Part shown: positions 25,632 to 39,857 of the stretch, piece after piece
How positions within the stretch are numbered: the stretch's first letter is position 1
Layout: each line of letters opens with the position of its first letter
Source: an uncultured Fibrobacterota bacterium
Lineage (GTDB): Bacteria; Fibrobacterota; Chitinivibrionia; Chitinivibrionales; FEN-1185
Assembly: GCA_963753345.1 (NCBI GenBank)
Contig: CAVWBU010000035.1
Span: 64,001-128,000, forward strand
Length of the DNA stretch: 64,000 nt
Direction: 5' to 3'
The notes under the pieces: model-generated
What the model saw: only the letters and a program-made list of their open reading frames with translations
Told to the model about the DNA's origin: nothing
Databases searched by the model: none
Program-made: the position numbers and the translations under genes

Positions 25632-26657
25632 TCAGTTGCTCTTACAGCACCGGAGTCCGGTGCTGGGCTTGGCGCCGCCTCCCGCGCCGGGCGAAACGGC
25701 CTGGCACTTGGAAATGGGGCCGCCCATGGCTGCCTTAGAGCCGTCTGTCGCCTTCACCCATTCGAACACGTTGCCGGTCATGTCGATCGCGCCGAACTTG
25801 CTGATGCACCTGTTCCTGGCGCCCGACGGTTCCGGCGTTCGGCTGTCCGAATTGCAGTTCTCCTTTTCAAAGCTGAAGCCGTAGGGGTAGGCGTACGCTT
25901 CACGGCCGCTGCACGCCCACTGCCATTCCTGCGCGGTGCACAGCCGCTTGCCCGCATTCTCGCACAGTTTTTGTGCGTCGTCGTAGGAAATGTTGACCGT
26001 GGGCATTGCCCCCTGTTTGTCCGGGAACTCGTATCTGTCAATGCATACCTTGAGGAACGGCCGGTTCGCCTTGCCCGGCGGAATGTCGACCAGCACCATG
26101 TCCTGGGGGCAGAACAGCGGTTTGGCATACCGCGCGATCTCGTCCTCCTCGGGGTTTTCCGACGAGTGGCGCTGGATGCGCACCACCTGATCAAAGGTGT
26201 ACGAAGCTTCCGAGCGGTCCGATTTCCGCACCGTCACGCGCAGGTTGTCCTCCTTGACGATGTTCCCCACCACCATAAGGTTCTCCTTGGGCCTGCCGTA
26301 GTCGTCGTTTTCCGGGTTTTTCACGATGAGCGTGTCGTAGGCGGCCTCCGCGGCGGGCGCCGCAGGGGCGGGGGTCTGCGCCGTTTGTTTCTGGGGCGCC
26401 TCTTTCTGCGGCGGCGGCGCGATGAGCTTGTAGTCGGCAATGAGCGTCGCCGAAAACGTGTAGGCGCTTCCTTTACAATCGAGAACAAGCGACGTGTCGG
26501 TCTTGGAGTCCACCACGCCCTCGAGTTCGTCGCCCGTGGCAAGCGTCATGTGATAGGTCGCGCCCACGGTGAAGTCGTCGAGCGACACGCCCGCGAGCGC
26601 GCCCGATGCGCATGCCGCGGCGAAGAACAGAACCTTGATTGCTTTTTTCCAGTCCAT
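25632..26657 (-). CDS. Secreted FGE-sulfatase (SUMF1/EgtB/PvdO) domain protein
   Basis: Signal peptide; IDRYE, GKRLCTAQEWQWAC, DMTGNVFEW and GLRCC. Confidence 0.85.
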   Translation of the reverse strand: MDWKKAIKVLFFAAACASGALAGVSLDDFTVGATYHMTLATGDELEGVVDSKTDTSLVLDCKGSAYTFSATLIADYKLIAPPPQKEAPQKQTAQTPAPAAPAAEAAYDTLIVKNPENDDYGRPKENLMVVGNIVKEDNLRVTVRKSDRSEASYTFDQVVRIQRHSSENPEEDEIARYAKPLFCPQDMVLVDIPPGKANRPFLKVCIDRYEFPDKQGAMPTVNISYDDAQKLCENAGKRLCTAQEWQWACSGREAYAYPYGFSFEKENCNSDSRTPEPSGARNRCISKFGAIDMTGNVFEWVKATDGSKAAMGGPISKCQAVSPGAGGGAKPSTGLRCCKSN

Positions 26658-26713
26658 GCAGGTCTCCCTTTGCACATGCGCCGGCGGACGGTACGGTCTG
26701 CCGCGGGCGCGGG

Positions 26714-28696
26714 TTATGGTTTCTCCGTAATTTTTGTGACGATGCGCTTGAGTTTCTTGCCGGAAAAATACCATTCGAGCGTTCCCTTTCCGGCCTCGAT
26801 TCCCTTTTCAAACGATATGCAGCACGCTGAACCCTTCGCGAATTCGACGAGTTTGCTTTCCCGGGGGCCGAGGAGCGCGGCGGCGAGCAGTCCAAGGTGC
26901 GGCATGTGTCCCACGCACACGCATGACCGGGCACGCACGCCGCCAAGCCACGAGAGCGTGGCATCGACGTCAGCGCCGGGTTCAAGGCAGTTCTTCCTGG
27001 TGACCTGCGCGCTGAAGGAGAACGACTGCGCGAGCAGCGCCGCGGTGTCGAATGCGCGCGCAAGCGAGCTTGCGGCGATGATGTCGGGTCGGCACTGCAT
27101 CAGGGAAAGCGCCCTGCCCGTGGTCTGTGCCTGGCGGATTCCCTGTTTGGAAAGCATGCGCTGGCCCGACGTGTCGCTTTCGGCCGCGGCGTGGCGAACA
27201 AGATAGCAATAGACGACGCTGTTCCTTGCTTCCTGCGACAGCGCGGTTGCGGAATACAGCATCGAAGGCGACCTGAGAGAGTGCCATGCGCGCTCGAACC
27301 TCGCAAGCAGCCTGCGCCTGTCTCCGTCCACGAGCTTTGACAGGCTCCGGGCGACGGGCGAATGCATGGACGAAAGTCGTTCCATGGCCATGTCGGCGTC
27401 ATGCAGGTCTCCAAGGATGTCCGCGCAGGCCTTGAAATGGCGAGCGAATTTTATAGCCGGCCGGCCGAGAGCCGGTTCGGCAAATTCGGCCCAGTACCGG
27501 GCCCGCCTGCACATCTTGCGCAGCCGGTGCATCTCCTTCGCATTGTATTCTTTTTTTGCGCCCTGGCGGGACAGTATCTCAAAGGAAAGGCCGAGCAGCC
27601 TGCGCGCCGCGAGCGGTTCAAGAGGGTACTGCGGTTTGTTAAGTTTTCGCGGAAGCTCGACGCGAAGGAAGCGGTTGATGTCGCGCATAAGCAATGCATA
27701 TTCCCTGTTGGCAAGCAGCTTGCGAAGGGCGCGCCGGTCGGCTTTCTTTTGCCGTGACTGAAGGGCGTGAAAATGGACGAATTCGATGTTGCCGCGGAAC
27801 GAGTCTCCGACCCGTTTTGACGACAGCAGCCGCAGCCAGACGTCGTTGTCGCGGATGGGGCTCAGCTCAAGCGCCAGGGCCGCGAGCCGGGCGTCGATGG
27901 CCCGCGCCGCCACGGGCAGATGCCTGCGAAACAGGCGGAGCGCGGCCCTAAAGCGCCTCATTGCGACACGGCCGTCGTGCAGCGGGTCTTCGGTTTCCGC
28001 GGCGAGCATTCCATCATAGTTTTCAATCAGGATCCGGTACTGAAGGTACAGGAGCCTTCGCGCCGCGTCAAGCGCGCCGTCGCGCGGCCGCACGATCCCG
28101 GCGAATCTCGTCGCCGCCCTGTCCGGCGTGGCATCAGCGATTGTCAAGTCTCTGCCGAACACCTTTTTCCAGAGGTCGGCCTTTGCGTTGGCCCAACCGA
28201 TGTTGGCGCGGTACCCCGGGCTCGATGCGGCGAGCAAAAAGCCGCCGGCGTGCTGCTTTACAGACAGGATTGACACGTTCTGCAGATGGCCGTGGTCGAG
28301 GCCGTCGGCGATGCGGAGGATGGCGCCGAGCCGCAGGGCGGTTTCCTTGTCGGCAAGCTTTGCAAAAAGTCCGACAATGTACGCCTTTGCAAAGTCCCTG
28401 CGATGAAGCGCTATCGCCGCCGCGACCACCCTGCATTGGCCGGCGGTGAGGCCCACAACGCCCTTGTCCACGACAATGGCGCCGCCGACCGCCTGATGGT
28501 CGGCGGGCTGCACCGAATAGCCGATGTCGTGGAGGATCGCCGCGGCCCGCAGCAGCGGCCGCAGCGAGGGCGGCAGTCCCAGGTGCGGCGACACCGAGTC
28601 GAAGATGGAAAGCGCCAGCCGCGCAACGAAAAGCGAGTGGACGTCCTCGTTGCGGAATTTCCTGCATAGCGATTCGATGGTCGGCTTTCCGGACAT
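26714..28696 (-). CDS. HD domain - CHAD domain - SixA-like histidine phosphatase fusion
   Basis: LHDIG/LRIADGLD (Ppx-type HD); LHDGRVAMRRFR, RDNDV, HRLRK and LGDLHD (CHAD); LVRHA and VGHMP (SixA). Confidence 0.88.
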   Translation of the reverse strand: MSGKPTIESLCRKFRNEDVHSLFVARLALSIFDSVSPHLGLPPSLRPLLRAAAILHDIGYSVQPADHQAVGGAIVVDKGVVGLTAGQCRVVAAAIALHRRDFAKAYIVGLFAKLADKETALRLGAILRIADGLDHGHLQNVSILSVKQHAGGFLLAASSPGYRANIGWANAKADLWKKVFGRDLTIADATPDRAATRFAGIVRPRDGALDAARRLLYLQYRILIENYDGMLAAETEDPLHDGRVAMRRFRAALRLFRRHLPVAARAIDARLAALALELSPIRDNDVWLRLLSSKRVGDSFRGNIEFVHFHALQSRQKKADRRALRKLLANREYALLMRDINRFLRVELPRKLNKPQYPLEPLAARRLLGLSFEILSRQGAKKEYNAKEMHRLRKMCRRARYWAEFAEPALGRPAIKFARHFKACADILGDLHDADMAMERLSSMHSPVARSLSKLVDGDRRRLLARFERAWHSLRSPSMLYSATALSQEARNSVVYCYLVRHAAAESDTSGQRMLSKQGIRQAQTTGRALSLMQCRPDIIAASSLARAFDTAALLAQSFSFSAQVTRKNCLEPGADVDATLSWLGGVRARSCVCVGHMPHLGLLAAALLGPRESKLVEFAKGSACCISFEKGIEAGKGTLEWYFSGKKLKRIVTKITEKP

Positions 28697-28702
28697 GCGG
28701 AA

Positions 28703-30829
28703 TTACTTTTCCTTTCGAGCCGGCTTGTGCGCCTCGAACATGGTCCTTTTCATCCGTTTGGCCCTGTCGGTCTTATCGCACACCTCGTTGTAGAAGGCGG
28801 CGTGGCAATCGAAGCTCTTTTTCTGGGCCGCGGCTGCGGAAAGCTTTTCCCACGAGCCGTCCGGAAGGAGGCTCCACGAGTTGGCCGTGTCCATGAAACA
28901 CAGCTCCAGGATATGCATGAGCCTGGCGCGCGACTCCCGGTCGTCGACCGGCGTGAGGAGCTCGACGCGTTTGTCAAGGTTCCTCTGCATCCAGTCGGCC
29001 GTGCAGATAAACACCCTGTCCTTGCCCCCGTTTGCAAAGCGCCAGATCCGCGTGTGTTCGAGATACCTGCCCACGATGCTTTTCACCGAAATGTTCTCGC
29101 TCAGGCCAGGCACGCCGGGGCGCAGGCAGCAGATGCCGCGCACGTTGAGCCGTATCTTCACGCCGGCCCGCGAGGCGGCGTAGAGCGCCTCGATGATTGC
29201 CGGGTGGGTGAGCGAGTTCATCTTCGCATGAATGGAGGCCTTCTGTCCCTCGCGGCTCCGTTCCGTCTCCGCTTCGATAAGCGACAGCGCGCGTTCCCTC
29301 AGGCCCAGCGGTGCAGCGACGATCTTCCGGTAGTCCTGCGGCTGCGAATTTCCCGTAATGGAATTGAAGAATGCCGATGCGTCCGCGCCGAGGTCCTCGT
29401 CGCTTGTCATATAAGAAACGTCGGAGTACAGGCCCGCGGTGATCTCGTTGTAGTTGCCGGTGCCGAAATGCATGTAGCGCCGCAGCCCCCCGGCCTCGCG
29501 CCGGACCGCGATGAACACCTTGGCGTGCGTCTTGAGGCCCTTCACGCCGTAGATCACCTGCACGCCCGCGTCCTCGAGGTCGGCGGCCCATTCTATGTTG
29601 CGTTCCTCGTCGAAGCGCGCCTTGAGCTCCACGATCGCGGTGACGTATTTGCCCGCCGCGGCCGCTTCGGCAAGCGCTGCCACCACGGCGCTTTTCCTGC
29701 TGGTCCGGTACAGGGTCTGCTTGATCGCGACCACCTGCGGGTCCTTCGCCGCCTCCCGGATTAACCGCAGGACCGGGTCAAAGCTTTCGTACGGATGAAA
29801 AAGGAGCACGTCGCGTTTCGCAACGATCTCGAACATCGAAGGCGCGCTCTTGAGAAAGGGCGGCGTTCTGGCAGGCCACGGCTTGTACCGCAGCTTGTCG
29901 TATCCGGAAAGCTCGGTGAGCCGGAAGAACGCCGACAGGTCGAGCGGGCCGCCGGCCCGGTACACTGCGTTTGCGGGCGCGCCGAGAAACGCGGCGAGGT
30001 CGGAGGCCATGGTCTCCGACATGGCGCCGGCCACTTCGAGGCGCACGCAGTCGCTTCGTTTGCGCGCGTCAATCACGGCTTCCATCTCCGCAACAAGGTC
30101 CTCGGCGCCGTCCTCCCTGAGGGAAACGTCGGCGTTCCTGGTGACGCGGAAGCACGCAGTTTCGTCAATGTTCTCCTTTGGAAAGAACCTGCTTGCGAAA
30201 AGCGCGATAATGTCCTCGGTGAGCACGAAATGATACCCGCCCTCCGACGGGAGCGTGATGAAGCGGCCCGGCGTTTTTCCAAGGGGGATGATGGCGAGCC
30301 TGCGGCCCGGCCGTTTTCCGGATTGCGAAGGAACGCTCATCCGCACGGCCACATACAGCATGCGGTTGACAAGCAGGGGCGTTTCCTCAAGGTTGGAAAT
30401 GGCCATGGGGGACACCACGGGCAGAAGCTCGCTGTCGAACACAAATTCGGCGTGCCTGCTCTGGTCGCCGGACAGTTCATGCGGAAGGAGCCGCCGGATG
30501 CCGGAGGCGGCAAGCAGCTTTTCCAGTTCCGCATAGACGGCGTACTGCCTGGCCACCATGACCGCGGTCCTCCGGGCCACCGCCTCAAGCTGCTCCGCGG
30601 GCCGCATTCCGGCCGCGTCCTTCTTCTGGCTGTTTTTCTTCGAGAGCATCTGGAGGCCGCCCACGCGGACCATGAAAAATTCGTCGAGGTTGGAACCGGT
30701 AATGGCGAGAAACTTGAGACGCTCAAGAATCGGCAGCGATTCGTTCTGGGCGCACTGGAGTACGCGGTCGTTGAATTCGAGCCACGAGAGTTCCCGGTTG
30801 ATGAAGCCGGTTTTCGATAGGGCTGACAT
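28703..30829 (-). CDS. ppk1: Polyphosphate kinase 1
   Basis: NRELSWLEFN, HPYESF, ELKARFDEERNI, KTHAK, GTGNYN and GRYLEH. Confidence 0.97.
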   Translation of the reverse strand: MSALSKTGFINRELSWLEFNDRVLQCAQNESLPILERLKFLAITGSNLDEFFMVRVGGLQMLSKKNSQKKDAAGMRPAEQLEAVARRTAVMVARQYAVYAELEKLLAASGIRRLLPHELSGDQSRHAEFVFDSELLPVVSPMAISNLEETPLLVNRMLYVAVRMSVPSQSGKRPGRRLAIIPLGKTPGRFITLPSEGGYHFVLTEDIIALFASRFFPKENIDETACFRVTRNADVSLREDGAEDLVAEMEAVIDARKRSDCVRLEVAGAMSETMASDLAAFLGAPANAVYRAGGPLDLSAFFRLTELSGYDKLRYKPWPARTPPFLKSAPSMFEIVAKRDVLLFHPYESFDPVLRLIREAAKDPQVVAIKQTLYRTSRKSAVVAALAEAAAAGKYVTAIVELKARFDEERNIEWAADLEDAGVQVIYGVKGLKTHAKVFIAVRREAGGLRRYMHFGTGNYNEITAGLYSDVSYMTSDEDLGADASAFFNSITGNSQPQDYRKIVAAPLGLRERALSLIEAETERSREGQKASIHAKMNSLTHPAIIEALYAASRAGVKIRLNVRGICCLRPGVPGLSENISVKSIVGRYLEHTRIWRFANGGKDRVFICTADWMQRNLDKRVELLTPVDDRESRARLMHILELCFMDTANSWSLLPDGSWEKLSAAAAQKKSFDCHAAFYNEVCDKTDRAKRMKRTMFEAHKPARKEK

Positions 30830-30830
30830 A

Positions 30831-32408
30831 TTAGAATTCCCCGGTTCCCTTCTTGGTGAGGACCGGCGTCATGCCGTACACCTCCTCGAACATGTCGCCC
30901 TTGTTCTGGAGGGCGACCTGTTCGAGCGTGAGATCGTCGACATTCGGGACCGAAATGACGAACCGGTCCTTTTCCCGCGAGCATCCGATGCCGGCAATGC
31001 GGCGGCTGTGCGAGCGGTCCAGGGCGTCGGCCACCCGGAGGATGGCGGCGAGCTTCGCAACGACGAGCCTGTCCCCCCTGTCAAGGGCCGCGTATTCCTG
31101 GTGGACGGCTTTCGGCGTTGCGCGGCGGTGGTACCGCGCGATGAGCGCCACGAGGAAGGTGTCGCGCCGGGAAAGGCCGAACAGCTCGCTGTTCTGGATA
31201 AGGTACATCGAATGCTTGTGATGGCTCCGCGGGTTTACGAAGATGCCGATGTCGTGGAGGATGCCGGCAACGGAAAGCAAAAGCCGGTGCGACGGCCCGA
31301 GCCGATGCTCCTCGGCAAGGCACGAAAACAGCGTTCCCGCAAGGGCGGTCACGTGGCGCGCGTGGGCTTCGTCGCATTTGTATTTTTGCGCGATTTCCCA
31401 TGCCGACCGGATCACCTGCCGGGCGACATCGTCGGCGGGCGGCCCGCTCCTCGCCATTTCGGTGAGAATGCCGTGCCGCATGGAAATGTCCGACGCGATG
31501 ACGCCGGTGAGCGAAAATGCCCTGGCGAGCATGCCGTAAAACAGGAGACTGGGCGCGAGCGTCTCGGCTTCGGGGAACGAGATTTTGTAGGTTCGCACGC
31601 AGTCGTTGACGGACAGGGACATGATTTCTTCCGTGAATTTCTCAAGGGTGCGCAGCGGAAGCCGGGCTGGCACCAGCGGATTGTAGCCGGGAATGAGCCG
31701 GTGCGCGGCAAACCGCACGTCGCTGCCGAGCGCGGTCATGTTCCTGACCGACGACCGCGGAATGGAGTGGAGGATCTGGTCGATGGTGCGCCGTATCTCG
31801 CTCTCCATGAGCGTTCGCTGGCGCGCGAGCGGCGCGTTGAATTTCTCCAGCATTTCCCGGAGCCTCAGCGCGCCGAGTTTGAACGAATGGGTGGCCAGGA
31901 TGTCACCCTTCTCCAAAAGCAGTATCTCGGTGCCGCCGCCTGCCATCTCGCACACCGCCACCCGGCCGCGCGACAGGGACGCGTCGCTTGACAGAAGAGA
32001 TCGCGCGGAGAGGTAGGTGAGCCGCGTGACGTCCATGTCGTCGAGCACCTCCACCCGGATGCCGGCGGCGATGTACACGCGGTCGAGAAAAGCGTCCCGG
32101 TTTGCCGCCTCGCGCACGGCCGTGGTCGCCACGGCGCGGACCCGCTCCTCCTGGGAAACGCCGTATTCCTCGAGTACCCGTTTAAAGTTCTTGAGTGCAC
32201 GCACACAGTCCTCGATGGTGCCTTTCTCGATGTTGCCTTTTGTGAAGGTGTCCTTGCCGAGGCTCACCGCCTGCTGGAGAAATTCGAGCGGAATCACCCT
32301 GCCGCCGGCGTGGGGCTGGGCTATGGTCATGCGGATCGATGTGCTGCCGATGTCGATGACGGCGATGGCGGGCGAACTTGACGGAACGGGCGGAGACTTC
32401 TTTTCCAT
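30831..32408 (-). CDS. ppx: Exopolyphosphatase Ppx/GppA family protein
   Basis: IDIGSTSIR, ATTAVREAAN, GGGTE; C-terminal HD (LHDIG, ADALD). Confidence 0.92.
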   Translation of the reverse strand: MEKKSPPVPSSSPAIAVIDIGSTSIRMTIAQPHAGGRVIPLEFLQQAVSLGKDTFTKGNIEKGTIEDCVRALKNFKRVLEEYGVSQEERVRAVATTAVREAANRDAFLDRVYIAAGIRVEVLDDMDVTRLTYLSARSLLSSDASLSRGRVAVCEMAGGGTEILLLEKGDILATHSFKLGALRLREMLEKFNAPLARQRTLMESEIRRTIDQILHSIPRSSVRNMTALGSDVRFAAHRLIPGYNPLVPARLPLRTLEKFTEEIMSLSVNDCVRTYKISFPEAETLAPSLLFYGMLARAFSLTGVIASDISMRHGILTEMARSGPPADDVARQVIRSAWEIAQKYKCDEAHARHVTALAGTLFSCLAEEHRLGPSHRLLLSVAGILHDIGIFVNPRSHHKHSMYLIQNSELFGLSRRDTFLVALIARYHRRATPKAVHQEYAALDRGDRLVVAKLAAILRVADALDRSHSRRIAGIGCSREKDRFVISVPNVDDLTLEQVALQNKGDMFEEVYGMTPVLTKKGTGEF

Positions 32409-32489
32409 AGGTATCAAATATAGTAAAGGAGAGGGAGGCGTGGAGGCATCATCATGAAGGCGAATGGGTGTCAGAAAAGAGAACAATAA

Positions 32490-32630
32490 GGGGAAGCATC
32501 CCCCTCGCTCCGGCCCGGCGCTCATATTTTCAAAGTTCATCTCATTCCGCACCGGTCCTGCGCTACCCCCTCCTGGGTGGCCGCCTTGACAATGCAGCTG
32601 CGAGACCACGCACTGTTGTGGCGGCACCCA
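32490..32630 (+). repeat. Intergenic repeat family B, copy 2
   Basis: TCCCCCTCGCTCCGGCCCGGCGCT...CGCTACCCCCTCCTGGGTGGCCGCC...GGCGGCACCCA. Confidence 0.85.
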
Positions 32631-32645
32631 CGAGCAGCAGTTGAA

Positions 32646-32758
32646 TAGCACAGCCCGCGCATTCCCCGCGACTTGGCGCGGGGTTAGCGGGCGAATATTT
32701 GTTATTCTATTTCCTTAGCTATGGGAGAATCCCCGCCACTTGGGGCGGGGTTCTTCAA
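32646..32758 (+). mobile_element. Miniature non-autonomous IS200/IS605-like element
   Basis: Two near-identical subterminal hairpins CCCCGC(G/C)-ACTTGG-(C/G)GCGGGG; preceded by TTGAA and ending TTCAA; no ORF. Confidence 0.55.
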
Positions 32759-33021
32759 TGAAGATCAGGCAAAGTCAAGTGTCATTGCGAGCGCAGCGAA
32801 GCAATCTACCGTTGAAATCATAGCTCATGATTTGAAGGAAAGGCACCTCTACGCCAACCAGCGACCTTGCCAGTGCCTACTTAAAGGGAACGCCTTGAAC
32901 CTTTCTTGCTTATTCTGGAGGCACAAATGAACCAACGCATGATTCTGTGCGACTATTCAGAAGAGACTTGATGATGCCCGAATTGTTCCTTTCCCCTTTT
33001 CCGAATCCAAAGAGGCCGCTC

Positions 33022-33717
33022 ATGCGATCCAAGTCCGTTGGAATCTCGATTATGATGATTCTGCTTTGCCTTTCCTTGTTTGCCGCCCCAAAGTCGCCGG
33101 TTGTTTTCAACAAGGAATACGCCAATTATGCTTGGGGGTATGTTCATTACGGCTGGCTCATCGATTCGGCGGGAAATATACGAAGCTACTCGTTTAACCA
33201 GGGTGACAGCATGGAAGTCCGGCTTCCGTATCCGAGTCAGGCGTATTTGGACAAGATGTTTTCTCTCAGCACGCCAACCGGAAAGAAAATTGCCGCGGAC
33301 ACAATGAGCGCCAAAACAGCGTTGCTTGCGTCCGCGGTCCAGGGTTTGGTGACGTACGCGGGCATGTGCGCGGATGCGGGAATAATGTCGTACGAAGGGA
33401 TTCTGTACGATTCCGCCCATTCAAGATACCAGAGAATAGTATGCTTCGAAGCAGGCGATCAGACCGCATGTAATTCTTCCCTTTCCGCAAAGCTGATCGC
33501 CAAATGGTTTATTTCCCTGGACTCCATACCCCCGAACTTCTGCTTGCCGCCGGATTCCTGCCTGAATACCACCGCTGTTGCGGGCAAGCCTTCTTTTCCC
33601 AAGGCCAGCGCCGCTCGTCTGAAGGCGCAAGCTGTCTACTATGTCAACGGTAAGAAGATTGCGGAAGCGGGAAAGAAACCTGTTGTGAAGACGAAAGCAG
33701 GGTTGATACAGCACTAG
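33022..33717 (+). CDS. Secreted hypothetical protein
   Basis: Signal peptide (…ILLCLSLFA); NYAWGY..GWLID..G motif; basic C-terminal tail. Confidence 0.7.
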   Translation: MRSKSVGISIMMILLCLSLFAAPKSPVVFNKEYANYAWGYVHYGWLIDSAGNIRSYSFNQGDSMEVRLPYPSQAYLDKMFSLSTPTGKKIAADTMSAKTALLASAVQGLVTYAGMCADAGIMSYEGILYDSAHSRYQRIVCFEAGDQTACNSSLSAKLIAKWFISLDSIPPNFCLPPDSCLNTTAVAGKPSFPKASAARLKAQAVYYVNGKKIAEAGKKPVVKTKAGLIQH

Positions 33718-33790
33718 AAGATTTCTGGATTAAGAGAAGAGTGTCAAGGGGGGGAAAGGCCAGCCTGTCTCAAAACTCAAGAGAAGATCT

Positions 33791-33953
33791 GGGCGCCCCG
33801 CCGAAGACGGCGGCGGTTCTCCTTCCGGTCCACCCCTTCGGGTGCTTCCAAGGGTCGTCGGCCTTCGGCCTCGGGCTGCCACGGCCCTATGGCCCAGAGG
33901 GCCGGGCCCGGGCAGCATCCCGCTCTAGCGGGACCTCCAGTCGCCCCTGGCGC
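33791..33953 (+). repeat. Intergenic repeat family A, copy 3 (divergent)
   Basis: GGGCGCCCCGCC...CGGTTCTCCTTCCGGTC...GGCCTTCGGCCTCGGGCTGCC...CCTCCAGTCGC; closest to the copy at 43768. Confidence 0.75.
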
Positions 33954-34121
33954 AAATACCACTATTCGGGTATCACGTGGCTCTCACTATTCCGCTTGTG
34001 CAAGACCATATCTTCCGTAAGTTGTAAATGGTGCATACCGGGCACCGAGAAGAATTGCGGATTGAAGAGGAGAAAGTTCCTAACGGATTGCCTTGGAATT
34101 CCAGGTGGCGAAAAGATAAGA

Positions 34122-34312
34122 TTGACTAATGATATTTCTTCTGCCGCGCGTTAGGTGGACCGGAGGGTGCGCTGGAGCGCATTGCCGCCTGACCCGGCCG
34201 AAGGACGGTTGGGACAGGCGGCAACGAGGCGAACAGCCGAGCCCGGAGGGAGACGACGCCACGAAGCACCCGAAGGGCCGTGGAACCGACCCCCGAAGCG
34301 GGGGAACGCCCA
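34122..34312 (-). repeat. Intergenic repeat family A, copy 4
   Basis: TTGAC...CTGCCGCGCGTTAGGTGGACCGGAGGGTG...GGGGAACGCCCA. Confidence 0.85.
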
Positions 34313-34356
34313 ACGCTATTGTCTTTGCATTAGAAGAGAGACGCCCAATACTTTCT

Positions 34357-35117
34357 TTACTTCTTCTTTCCCGCCTTCCGAATCGCCGCCGCAATCTCTT
34401 TCATCGCGCCGATACCGCCTTTGGATTGCAGCAAATTTCCCGTCACGATGATGTCCGCGCCCGCGCGGATCTTTTCCATTGCGGTTGTCGCGTCCCGTAT
34501 GCCGCCGCCCACGATTACCGGGATGTCAACCGCCGAGCGCACCAGCGAGATCATCTCGTTGGGAACGGTGCTAAGTGCGCCGCTGCCCGCTTCGAGGTAG
34601 ACGAGCTTCATGCCCATGTACTGGGCGGCCAGCGCGTGGGCTGCCGCGATGTTCGGCTTGCTGCGCGGCAGCGGCCTGGTGTTGCTCATGAATTCGACCG
34701 AGGTCACGGTCCCGGACTCCACGAGCATGTAGGCCGTTGAAATCGGCTCGATGCCGAGTTGCTTGATAAGAGGCGCGGCCTTTACGTGCTCGCTGATGAG
34801 GTTGACCGGGTTTCTGCCCGAGATGAGGGAGAGGTACAGGAGCGCGTCGGCGTCGCCGGAAAGCTGGGTGGCGTCGCCGGGGAACAGGATAACCGGAATG
34901 CGGACCGACTTCTTGACCGATGCGACAAGCGGCGCGAACCGGTCGGTGCGGATGAGGCTGCCGCCGATGAGCAGGGCGTGGGCGCCCGCGGCCTCGGCCT
35001 GTTTCGCGATTGCGGCGCCTTCCTTGGGAGAAAAATCGTCGGGATCGAGAAGGACCCAGTAGGACGGGACCTTTGCGCCGGTTTTCTTCAGGATGGATTG
35101 CAATACGGAGTTTGATT

Positions 35118-35121
<4 letters not shown>
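34357..35121 (-). CDS. Geranylgeranylglyceryl phosphate synthase family protein (group II)
   Basis: LLDPD, IGGS, PVILFPG, SLISGRNP, YLEAGSGA, GGGIR and VTGN. Confidence 0.92.
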
Positions 35122-37813
<2,692 letters not shown>

Positions 37814-37858
37814 TTAGATTCTGTTTCCTTTTTTTGATTCAATAAATAATAAAAAATT

Positions 37859-38289
37859 GGGCGTTCCCCCGCTTTGCGGGGTCGGTCTCCCTCCGGGCTC
37901 GGCTGTTCGCCTCGTTGCCGGACCGCCCTATGCCTAGCGGCCGGGTCGGCCGGCAATTCGCTCTGGCTCACCCTCCGGTCCACCTAACGCAGTGGCAGAG
38001 GGGAATCTGTTCTGTCAAGATCATTTTTCGCGCCAACCCGGAGCTTCAGGCCGTCCGTCACGGCTTTTTGTTTCATCTATGAACAGCTAACCACCAACCG
38101 TCAACTCGCTTCGTCTTCCTGTTTCGCATTCAACTGTCGCTCGTGGGTGCCGCCACAACAATGCATGGTCTCGCAGCTGCTTTATCAAGGCGGACACCCA
38201 GGAGGGGGTAGCGAAAGACTGGCGCGTGGTTGATAGTATGCCGAATTTTTAAAACGCGCCAGGCTGGAGCGAGGGGGAGACTTCCCCCC
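37859..38289. repeat. Composite repeat: family A copy 5 (37859-38018) plus linker plus family B copy 3 (38144-38289), inverted relative to the other composites
   Basis: Reverse complement has the same B-linker-A order as 43569, 48794 and 52642. Confidence 0.85.
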
Positions 38290-38302
38290 ATGAAACTCTA
38301 TT

Positions 38303-39376
<1,074 letters not shown>

Positions 39377-39857
39377 GAGGATTCTCCTTATTGCATGAAG
39401 TTATACTCAGCGAAAGGAATTGCGCACTCGAAATAAAGAATGTATGATATAGGAAAATACGAAATTGCATTGGACTGCAAGGGATATTTGTGGTTGAGCG
39501 GCGTGCAGAAATATCAGGTTTGTGCGAGAGCCGGCTTGGTCGCGGTCTCTGGATCAGGTAATGGCTTCCCGCTCATGCAGGGAAAAGTTTCTCTGTAATG
39601 ATAGAGGAATTGGGGAGGGGACACCTCAGGAACCGGGCCTTTTCGTCCAATCGCATGATAATAGAAAAGATACCGCATGCCAGGATTGAATTTTTGGGAT
39701 TTTCTGGGGCTGCAAGACCCCAGAGTTCCACCGGGATGAGAACGCGGGGGATTGATAATGCAATGATTTATATGAGCATAAGCCGGTTTGGCGTGTGCTT
39801 TGAATCATTTTTCCAGTGACGGAGAATAATATTATATTTTGGTAAAGGCGGTTTCCT

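Noticed and set aside
25377-27206. 609-aa plus-strand ORF and similar long antisense ORFs (e.g. 8611..10200, 30558..31991, 35215..36600)
   Set aside because: Antisense shadows of well-supported GC-rich genes, with no motifs of their own.
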